Source of the DNA: an uncultured Verrucomicrobiae bacterium
GTDB taxonomy: Bacteria; Verrucomicrobiota; Verrucomicrobiia; Chthoniobacterales; Chthoniobacteraceae
DNA: 64,000 nucleotides
Direction of reading: 5' to 3'
NCBI GenBank assembly: GCA_963828525.1
Contig: CAWHEP010000014.1
Coordinates: 326,199-390,198, forward strand
Part shown: piece by piece, positions 38,776-48,442 of the stretch
Numbering within the stretch: the first letter of the stretch is position 1
Layout of the letters: the number at the start of each line of letters is the position of its first letter
Notes under the pieces: generated by a model
What the model saw: only the letters and a program-made list of their open reading frames with translations
What the model was told of the DNA's origin: nothing
The model's database searches: none
Translations under genes and position numbers: made by a program

Positions 38776-38791
38776 GGGCACGCAATCGGCT
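38776..38791 (+). promoter_or_regulatory. Sigma-54 promoter of the kdp operon
   Basis: GGGCACGCAATCGGCT, with GG(38777)-N10-GC(38789); identical to 21340-21355 at 13 of 16 positions. Confidence 0.7.
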
Positions 38792-38835
38792 AAGGGATGC
38801 GCTCAGGCAGACAACACGCCTGAACAGAAAAACAC

Positions 38836-38919
38836 ATGACGGACATCACTTACATCCTCACCTCAATCGCATTCTTTGCGCTCATGGCAGCCTTTGTCTG
38901 GGTTTGCGAGAAAATCTAA
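38836..38919 (+). CDS. 27-aa membrane peptide upstream of kdpF
   Basis: MTDITYILTSIAFFALMAAFVWVCEKI; a single TM helix ending CEKI. Not in the ORF track. Confidence 0.75.
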   Translation: MTDITYILTSIAFFALMAAFVWVCEKI

Positions 38920-38932
38920 GCGGCCAATCATT

Positions 38933-39016
38933 ATGACAAACATCATTGTCGGCATCATCGCTCTCGCGCTGATCGGATACCTGCTCTTCACGATCATCCG
39001 TCCCGAAAAATTCTAG
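38933..39016 (+). CDS. kdpF: K+-transporting ATPase subunit F
   Basis: MTNIIVGIIALALIGYLLFTIIRPEKF, with the YL..PEKF signature. Confidence 0.92.
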   Translation: MTNIIVGIIALALIGYLLFTIIRPEKF

Positions 39017-39029
39017 CATCCTTTCGAAC

Positions 39030-40856
39030 ATGAACTCTCACGGCTGGATACAACTCATTCTCTATACCGCAGGGCTGTTGCTCATCACAAAGCCCTTGGG
39101 GATTTATCTCTACAACGTGCTCGACGGCGATGGCAGGACTTTCCTGGATCCCGTTATCCGGCCGATCGAAAGGCTGACCTACGCGGTAACCGGAATAGAT
39201 CGGTCCAAAGAGCAGAACTGGAAGCAATACGCTGGCGCGATGCTGATGTTCAGCCTTCTTACAATGTTGCTGACGTACGGCCTGCTGCGTTTTCAGGACA
39301 AGCTGCCTTTGAACCCGCAGAAACTTGCCGCCCTCACGCCGGATCTGGCTTTCAACACGGCGGCGAGCTTCGTCACCAACACGAACTGGCAGAGTTACGG
39401 CGGTGAATCGACCATGTCGTACTTCTCGCAGATGGTCGCGCTGGTCCTGCAGAACTTTTTCTCGCCCGCGGTGGGGTTGGGCGTGGCGGCGGCATTGGTG
39501 CGTGGCATCGCCCGCAAGGAAGCAAGCACCCTCGGGAACTTCTGGGTCGATCTGGTTCGCGTCACTTACTACATCTCGCTGCCCGTCTGCCTGGTGGTGT
39601 CCCTGTTCTTCATCGCGGAAGGAATGCCACAGAACTTCAAACCCTACGACTCAGCCAGTCTTACGGAGCCCTACACGACGCAGGTTGCCAAAGTGGACGA
39701 CAAAGGCAATGCCGTGGTGGACAAGGACGGCAAGCCCGTCATGGTCGATCAGAAGGTCGATACCCAGACGATCCTGCAAGGCCCCATCGCGTCGCAGATT
39801 GCGATCAAGATGCTCGGCACAAATGGCGGCGGGTATGCGAACGCAAACGCCGCGCATCCTTTCGAGAACCCCACGCCGCTGGTGAATTTCTTCCAGATGC
39901 TCTACTTCATCGGGATTGGCAGCGGTCTTACTTACTACCTGGGGCGAATGGTGAAAAACCAGAAGCACGGGTGGGCAGTGTGGATCGCGATGTTCCTGAT
40001 GCTGATGCCGGGCATCCTGGTGTGCTGGCACTCCGAGGCGGTCGGAAACCCCATCATCCACGCGCTGGGTGTGGACCCGGCGGATGGCAACATGGAAGGG
40101 AAGGAAGTCCGGTTCGGGATATTTAACTCCGCGTTGTTCGCGTCCACTACCACGGCGACGGGGTGTGGCGCGGTGAACGCGATGCATGACAGCTTCACCC
40201 CACTGGGCGGCCTGGTTCCGCTATTCAATATCCAGTTGGGCGAAGTGGTGTTCGGAGGCGTTGGCTCGGGCCTTTACGGAATACTCGTCTATGTCGCGGT
40301 CACCGTGTTCATCGCTGGGCTGATGATCGGGCGGACGCCTGAGTATCTCGGCAAGAAGGTGCAGGGCTACGAAGTAAAGATGGCGAGTTTCTATCTTCTG
40401 ATCTTCGCGGGCGTAATCCTGGCGTTCACCGCCTACGGGGCGTTGAGCAACTGGGGGCCGGCGGATCCGGCAAGCCATCAGCCAACCAACGGAACAAACA
40501 ATAACGGCCCTCACGGATTCAGCGAGATACTCTACGCGTATAGCGAGGCGGCAGGCAATAACGGCAGCGCGTTCGCCGGGTTAAGCGCGAACGCCCCCTG
40601 GTATAACACGACCCTTGGGATAGCCATTCTTTTCGGCCGGTATGCGATGATGATCCCCGTCCTCGCGATAGCCGGGTCTCTCGTCCGCAAAAAGGCAATT
40701 CCTGATGGGCCCGGGAGCTTCCCTGTCGCCGGAGGCACCTTCATCGTGGCGCTCATCGGCGTCGTCGTGCTCGTCGGGGCGCTGAACTTCCTGCCCGCCC
40801 TGGCGCTGGGTCCCATCGTGGAACACTTCCTCATGGTCACCGGCAAGCTGTTCTAA
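39030..40856 (+). CDS. kdpA: K+-transporting ATPase subunit A
   Basis: TNTNWQSYGGE, LGTNGGG, SEAAGNNGSAF and ALGPIVEH motifs. Confidence 0.97.
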   Translation: MNSHGWIQLILYTAGLLLITKPLGIYLYNVLDGDGRTFLDPVIRPIERLTYAVTGIDRSKEQNWKQYAGAMLMFSLLTMLLTYGLLRFQDKLPLNPQKLAALTPDLAFNTAASFVTNTNWQSYGGESTMSYFSQMVALVLQNFFSPAVGLGVAAALVRGIARKEASTLGNFWVDLVRVTYYISLPVCLVVSLFFIAEGMPQNFKPYDSASLTEPYTTQVAKVDDKGNAVVDKDGKPVMVDQKVDTQTILQGPIASQIAIKMLGTNGGGYANANAAHPFENPTPLVNFFQMLYFIGIGSGLTYYLGRMVKNQKHGWAVWIAMFLMLMPGILVCWHSEAVGNPIIHALGVDPADGNMEGKEVRFGIFNSALFASTTTATGCGAVNAMHDSFTPLGGLVPLFNIQLGEVVFGGVGSGLYGILVYVAVTVFIAGLMIGRTPEYLGKKVQGYEVKMASFYLLIFAGVILAFTAYGALSNWGPADPASHQPTNGTNNNGPHGFSEILYAYSEAAGNNGSAFAGLSANAPWYNTTLGIAILFGRYAMMIPVLAIAGSLVRKKAIPDGPGSFPVAGGTFIVALIGVVVLVGALNFLPALALGPIVEHFLMVTGKLF

Positions 40857-40883
40857 CGATCAACCCTTAAAATATCTCTATCC

Positions 40884-42902
40884 ATGGCTGCTAAAACACA
40901 TTCCATATTCGATCCGACGATCATCGTGCCCGCCGTTGGGGCATCGTTCAAAAAGCTGAACCCCGCTCACATGGTGCGAAACCCTGTGATGTTCGTGACG
41001 GAAGTCGGCGCGGCAATCACCACTGTCCTGATGTTTACAGGGACGGAAGGCGCGCCCTTCAGTTTCCTGCTTCAGATTACGGCCTGGCTCTGGTTTACCG
41101 TTATCTTCGCCAACTTCGCGGAAGCGATGGCTGAAGGGCGCGGCAAAGCGCAAGCCGACACGCTCCGCAAGACCCGCTCGCAGACGTTCGCGAACCGGCT
41201 CAAGGGCAACGCCACCGAGCAGGTGGCCGCCGATCAGCTCAGAAAGGGGGATGTGGTAGTCGTCACCGCGGGCGAATTTATCCCTGGGGACGGTGACATC
41301 ATCGAAGGCGCGGCGACGGTCGATGAATCCGCGATCACAGGGGAGTCCGCGCCCGTTGTGAGAGAAGCCGGCGGTGATCGCAGCGCGGTCACTGGTGGAA
41401 CTCGGGTGCTTTCCGATATCGTAAAAATCCGGATCACGTCGAATCCCGGAGAAACGTTCATCGACCGGATGATCGGGCTGGTAGAAGGGGCAAAACGTCA
41501 GAAGACGCCAAACGAGATCGCGTTAACCATATTGCTTGCGGCTCTCACGATCATCTTCCTGTTCGTGTGCATCACGTTGATGCCGTTCGGCCAGTTCGCT
41601 GGCGTGAAGTTCTCGGTGACGGTGTTGGTGGCGCTCCTCGTGTGCCTGATTCCGACAACCATCGGCGGTTTGTTAAGCGCCATCGGCATCGCTGGAATAG
41701 ACCGGCTTGTGCAGAAAAACGTGCTGGCGATGAGCGGCCGGGCAGTGGAAGCGGCGGGGGATGTCGATGTGCTGCTATTAGACAAGACGGGAACGATTAC
41801 TCTCGGGAACCGCCAGGCAACGGAATTCATTCCGGCAAGCGGAGTAGACGCGAAGGAACTGGCGGAAGCCGCGCAGCTCTCGTCGCTGGCGGACGAAACA
41901 CCCGAGGGCCGCAGCATCGTTGTGCTGGCAAAGCAGAAGTACGGGCTGAACGGTGTCGAACTGGCGGAGATGCCGGAAGCGCAGTTCGTGCCTTTCACCG
42001 CGCAAACCCGCATGAGCGGCGTGGATCTGAACGGGACGAGTTTCCGCAAGGGCGCGGCGGCTTCCATCCGCGCCTGGGTGGGTCGCCTGCCGAAGGAAGT
42101 GGAAGAGGCGGTTGAATCGATTTCCAGCAAGGGAGGCACCCCGCTGGTTGTCGCGACAAAGACCAAGGCGCTGGGGACGATCTATCTAAAGGATATCGTC
42201 AAACCGGGGCTTGCGGATCGATTTGAGCGCTTCCGGGCGATGGGCATTCGCACCATCATGATCACCGGGGACAATCCGCTCACGGCCGGCGCCATCGCAA
42301 AGGAAGCGGGAGTGGACGACTTTCTCGCCCAAGCCACACCGGAGGACAAACTAGCGCTGATTCGCAAGGAGCAGACCGGCGGACGCATGGTAGCCATGAC
42401 CGGAGACGGAACCAACGACGCTCCGGCGCTGGCCCAGGCGGATGTCGGCGTGGCCATGAACACGGGGACGCAAGCCGCGAAGGAAGCGGGAAACATGGTG
42501 GACCTGGATAGCAACCCGACCAAGCTCATCGAGATCATCGAGATCGGAAAACAGCTCCTTATCACGAGAGGCGCGCTGACGACGTTCTCGGTGGCAAACG
42601 ACATCGCCAAATACTTTGCCATTATTCCCGCCATGTTGATGGGCTCGTTTCCGCAGATCGCGCCGCTTAACGTCATGCATCTGCATAGTCCCGGCTCGGC
42701 AATCCTGAGCGCGGTCATATTCAACGCTGTGGTCATTATAGCATTGATCCCGCTGGCCCTGCGCGGCGTCCAGTTTCGTCCACTAAGCCCCGTCCTTCTC
42801 CTCCGGCGCAACCTGCTGATTTACGGTTTGGGAGGCGTCATTGTTCCGTTCATCGGCATCAAGGCGATCGACGTCATCATCACCACACTAAAACTGGCTT
42901 AG
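40884..42902 (+). CDS. kdpB: K+-transporting ATPase subunit B
   Basis: [19 protein letters not shown] and [10 protein letters not shown] motifs. Confidence 0.98.
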   Translation: MAAKTHSIFDPTIIVPAVGASFKKLNPAHMVRNPVMFVTEVGAAITTVLMFTGTEGAPFSFLLQITAWLWFTVIFANFAEAMAEGRGKAQADTLRKTRSQTFANRLKGNATEQVAADQLRKGDVVVVTAGEFIPGDGDIIEGAATVDESAITGESAPVVREAGGDRSAVTGGTRVLSDIVKIRITSNPGETFIDRMIGLVEGAKRQKTPNEIALTILLAALTIIFLFVCITLMPFGQFAGVKFSVTVLVALLVCLIPTTIGGLLSAIGIAGIDRLVQKNVLAMSGRAVEAAGDVDVLLLDKTGTITLGNRQATEFIPASGVDAKELAEAAQLSSLADETPEGRSIVVLAKQKYGLNGVELAEMPEAQFVPFTAQTRMSGVDLNGTSFRKGAAASIRAWVGRLPKEVEEAVESISSKGGTPLVVATKTKALGTIYLKDIVKPGLADRFERFRAMGIRTIMITGDNPLTAGAIAKEAGVDDFLAQATPEDKLALIRKEQTGGRMVAMTGDGTNDAPALAQADVGVAMNTGTQAAKEAGNMVDLDSNPTKLIEIIEIGKQLLITRGALTTFSVANDIAKYFAIIPAMLMGSFPQIAPLNVMHLHSPGSAILSAVIFNAVVIIALIPLALRGVQFRPLSPVLLLRRNLLIYGLGGVIVPFIGIKAIDVIITTLKLA

Positions 42903-42999
42903 AACGCAAACACTGTCACCTGACCGCCGGCGGGAAACTCTCTCGCCCGCATAGTGGGAAATCAACTCGCCGGGGTCAGGCTGACTAACTCTTAAAAAA

Positions 43000-43590
43000 A
43001 TGAAAACAATCCTGATCGATATCAAAAACACCATCATCCTCACTCTTGTTCTTGGAGTGATCTGCTGTGGAGTCTACCCTCTCGTCGTCTACGGACTAGG
43101 GACCGTCCTGTTTTCCCATCAAGCCAACGGCAGTTTGATTACGACAAAGGATGGAAAGATTCTCGGTTCTGAAATCATCGGCCAGGCATTTAGCGGAGAG
43201 AAGTATTTCCATTCGAGACCTTCCGCGGCGGGCACTGGCTATGATGCCACCAGTTCTGGCGGCACGAATCTGGGGCCCACCTCGCAGAAGCTGATGGACG
43301 GCATCAAGGCGGCAGTGGCGCAGTATCGGAAGGAAAACAGTCTTGCTGATGACGCGCTGGTGCCAGCCGACGCGGTGACATCCAGCGGCAGCGGCCTGGA
43401 CCCTCACATCAGCCCCCGGAACGCCGAGCTACAGGTCGGGCGGGTCGCAAAGGCGCGCAATCTCGACGCGGGGAAAGTCCGGGAGTTGGTGGAACAGTAT
43501 ACCGACAAAGCCTGGCTTGGTATCATCGGGGATCCTGGCGTGAATGTTCTCAGGCTCAATCTGGCGCTTGACGGAACGGTGGCGAAGTGA
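43000..43590 (+). CDS. kdpC: K+-transporting ATPase subunit C
   Basis: QANGSL, YFHSRPSA and VTSSGSGLDPHIS motifs. Confidence 0.97.
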   Translation: MKTILIDIKNTIILTLVLGVICCGVYPLVVYGLGTVLFSHQANGSLITTKDGKILGSEIIGQAFSGEKYFHSRPSAAGTGYDATSSGGTNLGPTSQKLMDGIKAAVAQYRKENSLADDALVPADAVTSSGSGLDPHISPRNAELQVGRVAKARNLDAGKVRELVEQYTDKAWLGIIGDPGVNVLRLNLALDGTVAK

Positions 43591-43602
43591 AAGGCCTAAC
43601 GC

Positions 43603-44733
43603 ATGCCGGATGCCGTCCCTGGTAAGCGCCCGAGCGCGGATGATTTCCTTCAAATCATCCGAAAGCAGCAGCTCGGCAAGCTGAAGATCTACCTCGGCGC
43701 GTGCGCCGGAGTGGGCAAGACCTACCAGATGCTGGTAGAGGGCAATCGGCTGAAGAGCCGGGGCATCGACGTGGTGATCGGCTACGTGGAACCTCATGAA
43801 CGGCCGGAGACGACAGCGCAAATCCGCGAGCTGGAAATAGTGCCGCCTCGGATGATCCAGTACCACGGCATCACTCTCAAAGAGATGGACATCCAGGCAG
43901 TCCTGGAGCGCAAGCCGACTGTCGCGTTGGTGGACGAGCTGGCGCACACAAATTCGCCCGGGAGCCGAAACTCCAAGAGATATGAGGATGTGGACGATTT
44001 GCTTCGGGCGGGGATCAACGTCATCAGCACGGTAAACATCCAGCACATCGAGTCGCTCTATAACATTGTGGAAGAATCAACATCCGTGCGCGTGAAGGAG
44101 CGCATCCCGGATGAGGTGATCGCGAAAGCTGACCACGTGGTGAATGTCGATCTGCCCGCGGAAGATCTGCTGGAACGGCTGGAAGGCGGCAAGATCTATC
44201 CAAAAGACCGGGTTCAGCAGGCGCTTGGCAACTTCTTCACCGAGAAAAATCTCACTCGCCTGAGGGAAATGGCGCTGAGCGAAACGGCAAACTTCCTGGA
44301 TCGTCAGCAGAGACATAACGCGCCGAACGAGGCAAACCCTGCTGGCATGGGCCAGGTGATGGTCGCGATCAGCAGCCGCGGACCGGACCCTGGGGCGCTG
44401 CTGCGAAAAACGGCCCGGCTCGCCACGCAGTTAAACGCCCAATGGTATGCGGTATATGTCCGCACTCCAAGTGAGTCCGCCATCAAGATCGCGGCGGCGG
44501 CGCAGCGCCACGTGGCGGAGACTCTGGAGACAGCCCAGAAAATGGGCGGGCTTGTCATCGTCCTTAAGAATGAGGATGTCTCCGGGGCGTTGATCTCCTT
44601 CGCGCGCGAATACGGCATAACTCACCTCGTGCTGGGGCGGCCTGGACCCCGGACGCTCCCGAATATCTTTCGGAGACACCTCCACGACACGCTGATCGAG
44701 AAACTCGGCGATGTTGATATTGTCGTAGGGTAG
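43603..44733 (+). CDS. kdpD: Short cytoplasmic KdpD (KdpD domain + Usp; no TM or kinase domains)
   Basis: GKLKIYLGACAGVGKTY, LVDELAHTN, NIQHIESL and NLTRLRE, then a Usp domain; ends at 376 aa. Confidence 0.9.
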   Translation: MPDAVPGKRPSADDFLQIIRKQQLGKLKIYLGACAGVGKTYQMLVEGNRLKSRGIDVVIGYVEPHERPETTAQIRELEIVPPRMIQYHGITLKEMDIQAVLERKPTVALVDELAHTNSPGSRNSKRYEDVDDLLRAGINVISTVNIQHIESLYNIVEESTSVRVKERIPDEVIAKADHVVNVDLPAEDLLERLEGGKIYPKDRVQQALGNFFTEKNLTRLREMALSETANFLDRQQRHNAPNEANPAGMGQVMVAISSRGPDPGALLRKTARLATQLNAQWYAVYVRTPSESAIKIAAAAQRHVAETLETAQKMGGLVIVLKNEDVSGALISFAREYGITHLVLGRPGPRTLPNIFRRHLHDTLIEKLGDVDIVVG

Positions 44734-44793
44734 AGCGCGGCTCGCGGGCAACTTTGCCCCAACTTTCGCCCCGCGACCGGGGGAGAGAAAGTC

Positions 44794-46713
44794 TTGACGC
44801 CCCCAGTCGGCGAAGCTATAGCCGCCTCGAAGCAAAGCGGCGATGCTTCGACTATCCAGATGATCATAGGGACAACCAAACGACCGCGGAATGTGGATAC
44901 GCCGCGGGCGGCCGCGATTCTTTACGGCGACTGGGGCACGAGCAAGGCGTACGTGGTGGGTCTTGCGTTCGCCGTGGGGGCCTACTCGTCTTTCTGGCTC
45001 ATCGCGGCCATGTGTCTGCTTACCGCCCTCGTAGGCGTCAACTACATGTCGATCTGTCGGCATTACCCCGATGGAGGCGGCGTTTACGCGAGCGTCCGCC
45101 ACCGGTCCGAGATCATCTCCATCGTAGGCGCGTTTCTCCTCATCGCGGACTACATCGTCACCGCGGCGATTAGCGCCCTGTCCGCTTTCCAATATCTCCA
45201 GTTTAATCATCCAGAGTATTGGGCTGGAGTGGCGATCATCGGCATCGGCGCCATAAACCTTCTGGGCCCGAAGCATTCTGCTGGCCTCGCTTTCATTGTC
45301 TCCATACCGACAGCGATCGTGGTTGTCCTTTTGGGGATGGTGTGCGCGCCGCACCTCGGGCAGGCGATCCATAATTTGCGCCCGCTTACTGGAGGCGTGT
45401 GGCAGAACTGGGGCGGGTTCGTGGGGATTGTTCTCGCGCTGTCAGGCGTGGAAGCCATCGCAAATTCCACGGGTGTCATGAAGCTGAACCCCGGCAGCAC
45501 AGAGGAGAACCCGAACGTCTCAAAGACATCGACTCCCGCCATCGTCTGGGTAATGATCGAGGTCTGCCTCTTCACGGCCTTGCTCGGCCTTGCAATGCAT
45601 GCCCTGCCCGGGTTGCATATCAACAACTCGGACCCTTCGAATCCAGATGTGGACGCGCCGGGCCAGTCGAGCGTGCGCGACTACATGCTGCGCTACATGG
45701 CCGAAATCTTCGTGGGCCAGGGATTTGGCGCGACGGCGGCGCACATCGCCGGATGGTCGGTCAGTATCGTTTTCGGGCTGCTGCTTCTTTCCGCGGTGAA
45801 CACCGCGATTGTGGATCTCGTCTCTATCTCGTTCCTCATGTCGCGCGATGGGGAGCTGCCGCCCTCGTTTCAGAAGTTGAACGGGTTTGGCGTGCCGACA
45901 ATGGGCTTGATCGTAGCCACCCTGATCCCCGCCGGCCTGGTGCTGCTGGTGAGCGACGTATCGGGACTCGCTGATCTTTACGCCGTGGGAGTGGTGGGCG
46001 CCATCGCTACAAATCTCGGCGCCAGCTCCACGGACCGGCATCTGAACCTGCTGCGTTGGGAACGCATTCTGATGTTCTGCACGTTCATCGTGATGCTTGG
46101 CATCGAAATCTCGGAATTCATCGTGAAGCCAAAGGCCCGCCTCTTTGCCATGGCGGTGCTGGTTGTCGGCCTGATCCTCCGCGGCCTCGCCGGTGAGGCG
46201 CGGCAGCGGTCGGAGCGCCGGAAGCTCGCTGAAGCCGCGTCACTTTCGGCTGTCGCAAAGTCTGTGGAGATGGCCGCGTCGATCAAGTTCCACCCGCCCG
46301 GAGCGGCAAGTGGTGAGCCGATGCTGGCCGCGGTGCGCGGCGTGGGCCGCACACTTGATTTCGCGATTGAGGAAGCCAAGAAGACGGATCGCCCTCTCTA
46401 CCTTTTATATGTGCGCGAACAGCCCGTGCTCCACCCGGAGGATCGAAAGCGCAAATGGATGGACGACAAAGAGGCGCGCGAAATCTTTGCCTATGCTGCC
46501 GACAAAGCGGACGGGCATACGATCCTGCCCGCGTACGCCGTCAGTGATTCACCCGCCGATACCATTGTGGATATCGCGGCGACCGTTGGCACCTCTTACC
46601 TGATATTGGGCGCTCCGCAGAGGAACATGATCGTGAACCTTCTGCGCGGCAGCATCATTCGAAACATCTCCGACATCCTTCCAGACGAGATTCACCTGCT
46701 CGTGTACGCGTAG
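44794..46713 (+). CDS. APC-family permease with a C-terminal Usp-like domain (start possibly ~44860)
   Basis: YGDWGTSKAY, YPDGGGVY and LSGVEAIAN; C-terminal LLRGSIIR Usp pattern. Confidence 0.85.
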   Translation: MTPPVGEAIAASKQSGDASTIQMIIGTTKRPRNVDTPRAAAILYGDWGTSKAYVVGLAFAVGAYSSFWLIAAMCLLTALVGVNYMSICRHYPDGGGVYASVRHRSEIISIVGAFLLIADYIVTAAISALSAFQYLQFNHPEYWAGVAIIGIGAINLLGPKHSAGLAFIVSIPTAIVVVLLGMVCAPHLGQAIHNLRPLTGGVWQNWGGFVGIVLALSGVEAIANSTGVMKLNPGSTEENPNVSKTSTPAIVWVMIEVCLFTALLGLAMHALPGLHINNSDPSNPDVDAPGQSSVRDYMLRYMAEIFVGQGFGATAAHIAGWSVSIVFGLLLLSAVNTAIVDLVSISFLMSRDGELPPSFQKLNGFGVPTMGLIVATLIPAGLVLLVSDVSGLADLYAVGVVGAIATNLGASSTDRHLNLLRWERILMFCTFIVMLGIEISEFIVKPKARLFAMAVLVVGLILRGLAGEARQRSERRKLAEAASLSAVAKSVEMAASIKFHPPGAASGEPMLAAVRGVGRTLDFAIEEAKKTDRPLYLLYVREQPVLHPEDRKRKWMDDKEAREIFAYAADKADGHTILPAYAVSDSPADTIVDIAATVGTSYLILGAPQRNMIVNLLRGSIIRNISDILPDEIHLLVYA

Positions 46714-46734
46714 CGGGGTTAAGGGCAGGCAAGC

Positions 46735-48279
46735 CTACTGCTGGCATTTGATTGCCCACGCGAAGTTGCATGGGCGTTGCGCCTCGTCCTGCATTTCGGG
46801 CGGCAGGTGAATGACCGCCCCGGTTGCCTCCGAATAGGTCCAATCAAGAGGGGTCTTGGAACCCAACAGGAAAACCTGTGATCCGGGCTTGGGCTGGAGG
46901 GTTTTGAGGGTGAGGGCGGCTCCTGGCCACTTAAGGCAAAACGCATATACCGTTGAGTGGTCCTTGGTTTGCGTGAAGCGAACGTCGGAGCCCTCTTTCC
47001 AGAGAGTCCCGTCGCGGGGCCGGGTCGCGTAGATGCCTTCTCCGTTGATTCGCAGCCAGGCTCCCGCCTCCTTCACATCCGCAATGGCTTTCGGATGGAA
47101 TTCGCCGTTCGCGTTAGGCCCGATGCCCACCATGAAGTTTCCCCCTTTGGCGACAATATCGACAAGCGTCTTCACGATCCATCCCCCGCCTTTGTATTTG
47201 GCGGCGTCCGCCTCGTAGGAAAACGAACTTCCCAGCGGGAAGATTTCGAACCAGGGCATGTTGGTATCTTCCTTGCCGGCGGGGGTAAAACGTTCCGGCG
47301 TGTAGTAGTCGCCGTAGCTTCCAATCCCGCGAGCCCGCAACATGACATTGGGTTGCGCTTTCCTCATCGCCATGAGCGTGTCGCGCAACTGAGGCCAATT
47401 CCGTTTTCCAAACAGGATATCCAGGCAAATCATATCGATCTTCCCGTATTTGGTGAGCAACTCGGTGAGTTGCTGGCGATGGCGCGCCATCATCCTTGCC
47501 TCCTCCTCGGGAGTCGGATCGGGAGCGATGAAGCTGACGGATCCCCTGCGCTTCGTCACAGACATGTTTCCGTAAAGCTCGGGGTGCTCCGTGGCGCCCG
47601 GCGTGGTTACGGGGTCGTAGCCGTAAGGGCGGAAATCGGCGTCGTACCAATCTGGATGAGAGAAGTAGAGATCGATCTTCATCCCGCGGCTGTGGGCTGC
47701 GTCGCAGAGTTCCTTGACTACGTCCCGCTTGAAGGGGGTTTCCATGATGCTATAGGACAGGTCGCAGTCCTCAAGAGCCGGGCCTCCCGGCGCGGTCCAA
47801 TTCACCCGCTTTTTGACGCGGGTCGCGGTGTCAAACATGGAGAAGCCCTCGTGGTGTTTGGTCGTGAACGCGAACATCTTCATCCCATTATCGGCAAACA
47901 AATTCATCCACTGCTCGGCGTTGAATCCAGTCGGGTTCCAGGTTTTATACAGATTCTGATATGCCTGCTTCTTCTCGAGCGACATGTTCAGAAACGGCCA
48001 TGACTCGTTCCCTTTCCCCAGGATGGAATAGATGCCCCAGTGGAGCCGGACACCGTATTTGATGTCGCGGAAAGCTTCAAAGGTCTCCGAGGATGGGTGG
48101 TGGTAGCCCGCGATCGGAGTCTGCTCCACGTAGTCAGCGACACGCTGTATGTCTTTGTCGCTCGCGGGAACGCGGATTACCGTTTCGGTCGTGTCAGCGG
48201 CTTGGCTTTGGCATTCCCAGGCGAAGATCGCAGCGGCGGTTATCAGGAGTAGAAACGCGGGGGGGGATTTAAACTTCAT
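46735..48279 (-). CDS. Alpha-L-fucosidase, GH29
   Basis: LHWGIYS, FTTKHHEGF, YFSHPDW, VAKGGNF and NGEGIYATRP motifs; signal peptide from MKFKSPP. Confidence 0.9.
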   Translation of the reverse strand: MKFKSPPAFLLLITAAAIFAWECQSQAADTTETVIRVPASDKDIQRVADYVEQTPIAGYHHPSSETFEAFRDIKYGVRLHWGIYSILGKGNESWPFLNMSLEKKQAYQNLYKTWNPTGFNAEQWMNLFADNGMKMFAFTTKHHEGFSMFDTATRVKKRVNWTAPGGPALEDCDLSYSIMETPFKRDVVKELCDAAHSRGMKIDLYFSHPDWYDADFRPYGYDPVTTPGATEHPELYGNMSVTKRRGSVSFIAPDPTPEEEARMMARHRQQLTELLTKYGKIDMICLDILFGKRNWPQLRDTLMAMRKAQPNVMLRARGIGSYGDYYTPERFTPAGKEDTNMPWFEIFPLGSSFSYEADAAKYKGGGWIVKTLVDIVAKGGNFMVGIGPNANGEFHPKAIADVKEAGAWLRINGEGIYATRPRDGTLWKEGSDVRFTQTKDHSTVYAFCLKWPGAALTLKTLQPKPGSQVFLLGSKTPLDWTYSEATGAVIHLPPEMQDEAQRPCNFAWAIKCQQ

Positions 48280-48442
48280 GGGACAAGAATAGGACGTGTC
48301 TCCGAGAAAACGATAAAGAATGACATTGAACCGCTTGCAGATGGATAATGCGCTCCATGCGCCGCGCGGCAATAATGCTTTGTAGTGGTTGCGTTCTCGT
48401 CCCTGGGTGTGGCGAGCGCCTTGGGAGACCGTCCCCTTAGCT

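Noticed and set aside
38520..38830. c-di-AMP (ydaO) riboswitch upstream of kdp
   Set aside because: I could not identify its conserved elements, and the predicted sigma-54 start leaves only a ~35-nt leader. An Rfam scan would settle it.
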